From the IMG/VR virus record IMGVR_UViG_2711768070_000008, positions 1 through 19,628 of that record: a stretch of DNA of 19,628 nucleotides; one strand, 5' to 3'. Positions 17,652 through 19,628 of the stretch are shown in pieces (position 1 is the stretch's first letter; each line of letters opens with the position of its first letter). Below the pieces are notes generated by a model. That model ran no database searches and was not told the DNA's origin. It saw only the letters and a program-made list of their open reading frames with translations. Both the position numbers and the translations under genes were made by a program. The DNA is from a virus. Lineage: Duplodnaviria; Heunggongvirae; Uroviricota; Caudoviricetes.

Positions 17652-17842
17652 CACATCCTGATAATGTTTGGTAGACGCATAAAAGCTAATTGTACTAATA
17701 CAAGGACAGGACATTCAATAAATGCATTAACATAATGATTTAAAAAGAAATCTGTAGCACACTGTTCATTGATGAAATGCACTATTTACCGTAAAATATC
17801 CCCCATCACACAGTAACCTGATACAGATACGTGGAATGGTCA

Positions 17843-19573
17843 ATGAACAAACTTTCGCCTGAAATGCCCGAACTGCAATCAATGAATATCACTGCCGATA
17901 ACATCACCAAACTTAAATCATTGTTTCCTGAAGCCTTTAATGAAAACGGCATTGATTTTGACGTTTTAAAACAGCTTTTGGGTGAAAATGTAGACGAAAA
18001 AGAAGAACGCTATGGCCTGAACTGGCATGGTAAGCGTCAGGCTCGTCAGCTTGCTCTTACCCCTTCCCGTGGCACCTTACGCCCATGTAAAGATGAAAGC
18101 GTTGATTGGGATAACACCAAGAACCTCATGATCGAGGGTGATAACCTTGAAGTATTGAAGCTTCTTCAAAAAAGTTATGCCGGAAAAGTTAAGCTTATTT
18201 ATATTGATCCACCTTACAATACCGGTAAAGATTTTGTTTATTCTGATAACTTCCAAGATAACATGAAAAATTATCTTGAAATGACAGGACAAACAGAAGA
18301 TGGGGTACGAATCACCACAAACGCAGAAACCAGTGGACGTTACCATACTGATTGGTTAAATATGATTTACCCACGTTTAAAACTTGCAAGAAACTTGTTG
18401 AAAGAAGATGGAGTTATTTTCATTTCCATTGATGATGCTGAAGTTGATAATTTAAAAAAAGTTTGCTCGGAAATCTTTGGTGAAGAGAACTTTGTTGCTA
18501 ATATTGTATGGCAAAAAAAATACTCACCACAAAATGATGCCACATATTTTAGTGATATGCATGATCATATTTTAGTATATGCAAAGCAACGGAAGAATTC
18601 AAAAAATGATTCAAATGGTTGGAACATAGATTTTCTACCAAGATCAGACGAACAAAATGCAGCGTATAAAAACCCCGACAATGACCCTCGTGGAGTTTGG
18701 AAGTCTGTAGATTTATCAGTCAAAACTTATTCCAAGGCTAATGATTACTCAATTACCACACCATCAGGACGTATTGTAACTCCTCCCGCCAGTAGATGCT
18801 GGCAGGTTTCTGAAAAACGTTTTGCAGAATTGTGTAAAGAAAATAAAATTTGGTTTGGAGAAAATGGTAATAATGTTCCATCAATCAAAAGATTCCTGAC
18901 TGAGGTCCAAGATGGTGTTGTTCCTACAACATGGTGGTCATATAAAGAATGTGGCCATAATCAAGAGGCCAAACAGGAACTAAAAAAACTCATGGAGGGA
19001 GAATCTGTATTCTTTGACACGCCTAAACCATTGAGATTATTAGATAGAATATTACATTTAGCAACAACCAATGATAAAAATAGTATTATCCTAGATTTTT
19101 TCGCTGGGTCAGGTACCACGGCTCACGCAACTTTGAATAAAAATATTGCTGACAGTGGTTCACGCCGATATATTGCTGTGCAATTACCTGAAAAAATAGA
19201 TGATGAAAAATACCATACAATATCAGAACTAACCAAAGAACGCCTCCGCCGCGCGGGTAAAAAGGTTCGTGAAGACAATCCAGAGTGGAAAGGTGACGTT
19301 GGTTTTCGTGTTTTCAAACTCGATACATCTAATATCCGTCCGTGGGAAGCCACAGCAGAAACCCTTTCAGAACAGATTGATGCCTATGTAAGCCCAATCC
19401 TTGAAGGCCGTAGTGAAGAAGATTTGCTCACAGAGTTAATGCTAAAGCGTGGCATTGACTTGAGTGTTAACATTGAAACCCGTCAGTTTGATGGATTAAC
19501 CGTTTCTTGTGTTGACGGTGGCAAATTGTTTACCTGCTTTGCTAAGGAAGGTGCGAACAAGTTCCTGATATGA
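17843..19573 (+). CDS. mod: Type III restriction-modification methyltransferase (Mod), N6-adenine, beta class
   Basis: Motif IV IYIDPPYNTGKDF precedes motif I DFFAGSGTTAHA; ATG 17843 preferred over the GTG at 17831. Confidence 0.85.
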   Translation: MNKLSPEMPELQSMNITADNITKLKSLFPEAFNENGIDFDVLKQLLGENVDEKEERYGLNWHGKRQARQLALTPSRGTLRPCKDESVDWDNTKNLMIEGDNLEVLKLLQKSYAGKVKLIYIDPPYNTGKDFVYSDNFQDNMKNYLEMTGQTEDGVRITTNAETSGRYHTDWLNMIYPRLKLARNLLKEDGVIFISIDDAEVDNLKKVCSEIFGEENFVANIVWQKKYSPQNDATYFSDMHDHILVYAKQRKNSKNDSNGWNIDFLPRSDEQNAAYKNPDNDPRGVWKSVDLSVKTYSKANDYSITTPSGRIVTPPASRCWQVSEKRFAELCKENKIWFGENGNNVPSIKRFLTEVQDGVVPTTWWSYKECGHNQEAKQELKKLMEGESVFFDTPKPLRLLDRILHLATTNDKNSIILDFFAGSGTTAHATLNKNIADSGSRRYIAVQLPEKIDDEKYHTISELTKERLRRAGKKVREDNPEWKGDVGFRVFKLDTSNIRPWEATAETLSEQIDAYVSPILEGRSEEDLLTELMLKRGIDLSVNIETRQFDGLTVSCVDGGKLFTCFAKEGANKFLI

Positions 19574-19603
19574 GATCATCATATTCATCCGGAGCGCATC
19601 CCA

Positions 19604-19628
19604 GAGGGACATCATGAGCCATCAACTC
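19604..19628 (+). CDS. Possible start of Type III restriction subunit (Res), first 8 codons only
   Basis: ATG 30 nt after the mod stop with GAGGGA RBS; expected mod-res order; far too short to confirm. Confidence 0.3.

Larger units (their letters stand above)
14759..19628. mobile_element. Integrative island at the tRNA-Asn 3' end (P4-type integrase, orphan protein, Type III RM); continues beyond the window
   Basis: Integrase immediately downstream of the tRNA; cargo genes visibly AT-rich relative to flanking chromosome and prophage. Confidence 0.75.

Noticed and set aside
18513-18520. A8 homopolymer inside mod as a phase-variation tract
   Set aside because: Short, and the gene is generally AT-rich; no tetranucleotide or long simple repeats of the kind seen in phase-variable mod genes.
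1-19628. CRISPR arrays or IS elements
   Set aside because: No regularly spaced direct repeats with unique spacers, and no transposase ORF flanked by terminal inverted repeats.

Overview
This window is an E. coli-type serU–mtfA–asnT chromosomal locus with an integrated element on each side. Positions 1 to ~13601 are the early half of a lambdoid prophage, running on the minus strand from a Q-like antiterminator (cut by the window edge) through rusA, a DUF968 protein, a Hok toxin locus, DUF551, DnaC-like and O-like replication genes (with an iteron origin inside the O-like gene) to a YdaT/YdaS-like pair. A divergent repressor gene sits between two operator clusters. The rightward operon carries the DicF sRNA, dicB, a ydfD-like gene, an 823-aa RecE-like protein with a DnaQ-type exonuclease C-terminus, xis and a lambda-type integrase abutting tRNA-Ser(CGA). 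After mtfA and tRNA-Asn(GTT) a second, AT-rich island begins with a P4-type integrase, an unrecognised ~463-aa protein and a Type III restriction-modification mod gene plus the first codons of a likely res. The best candidates for something undescribed are the orphan protein in the asnT island, the RecE-like/DEDDh exonuclease with no RecT partner, and a 34-codon hydrophobic ORF beside a perfect 22-bp palindrome next to hok. All family assignments rest on reading motifs and on recalled homologs, not on a database search.
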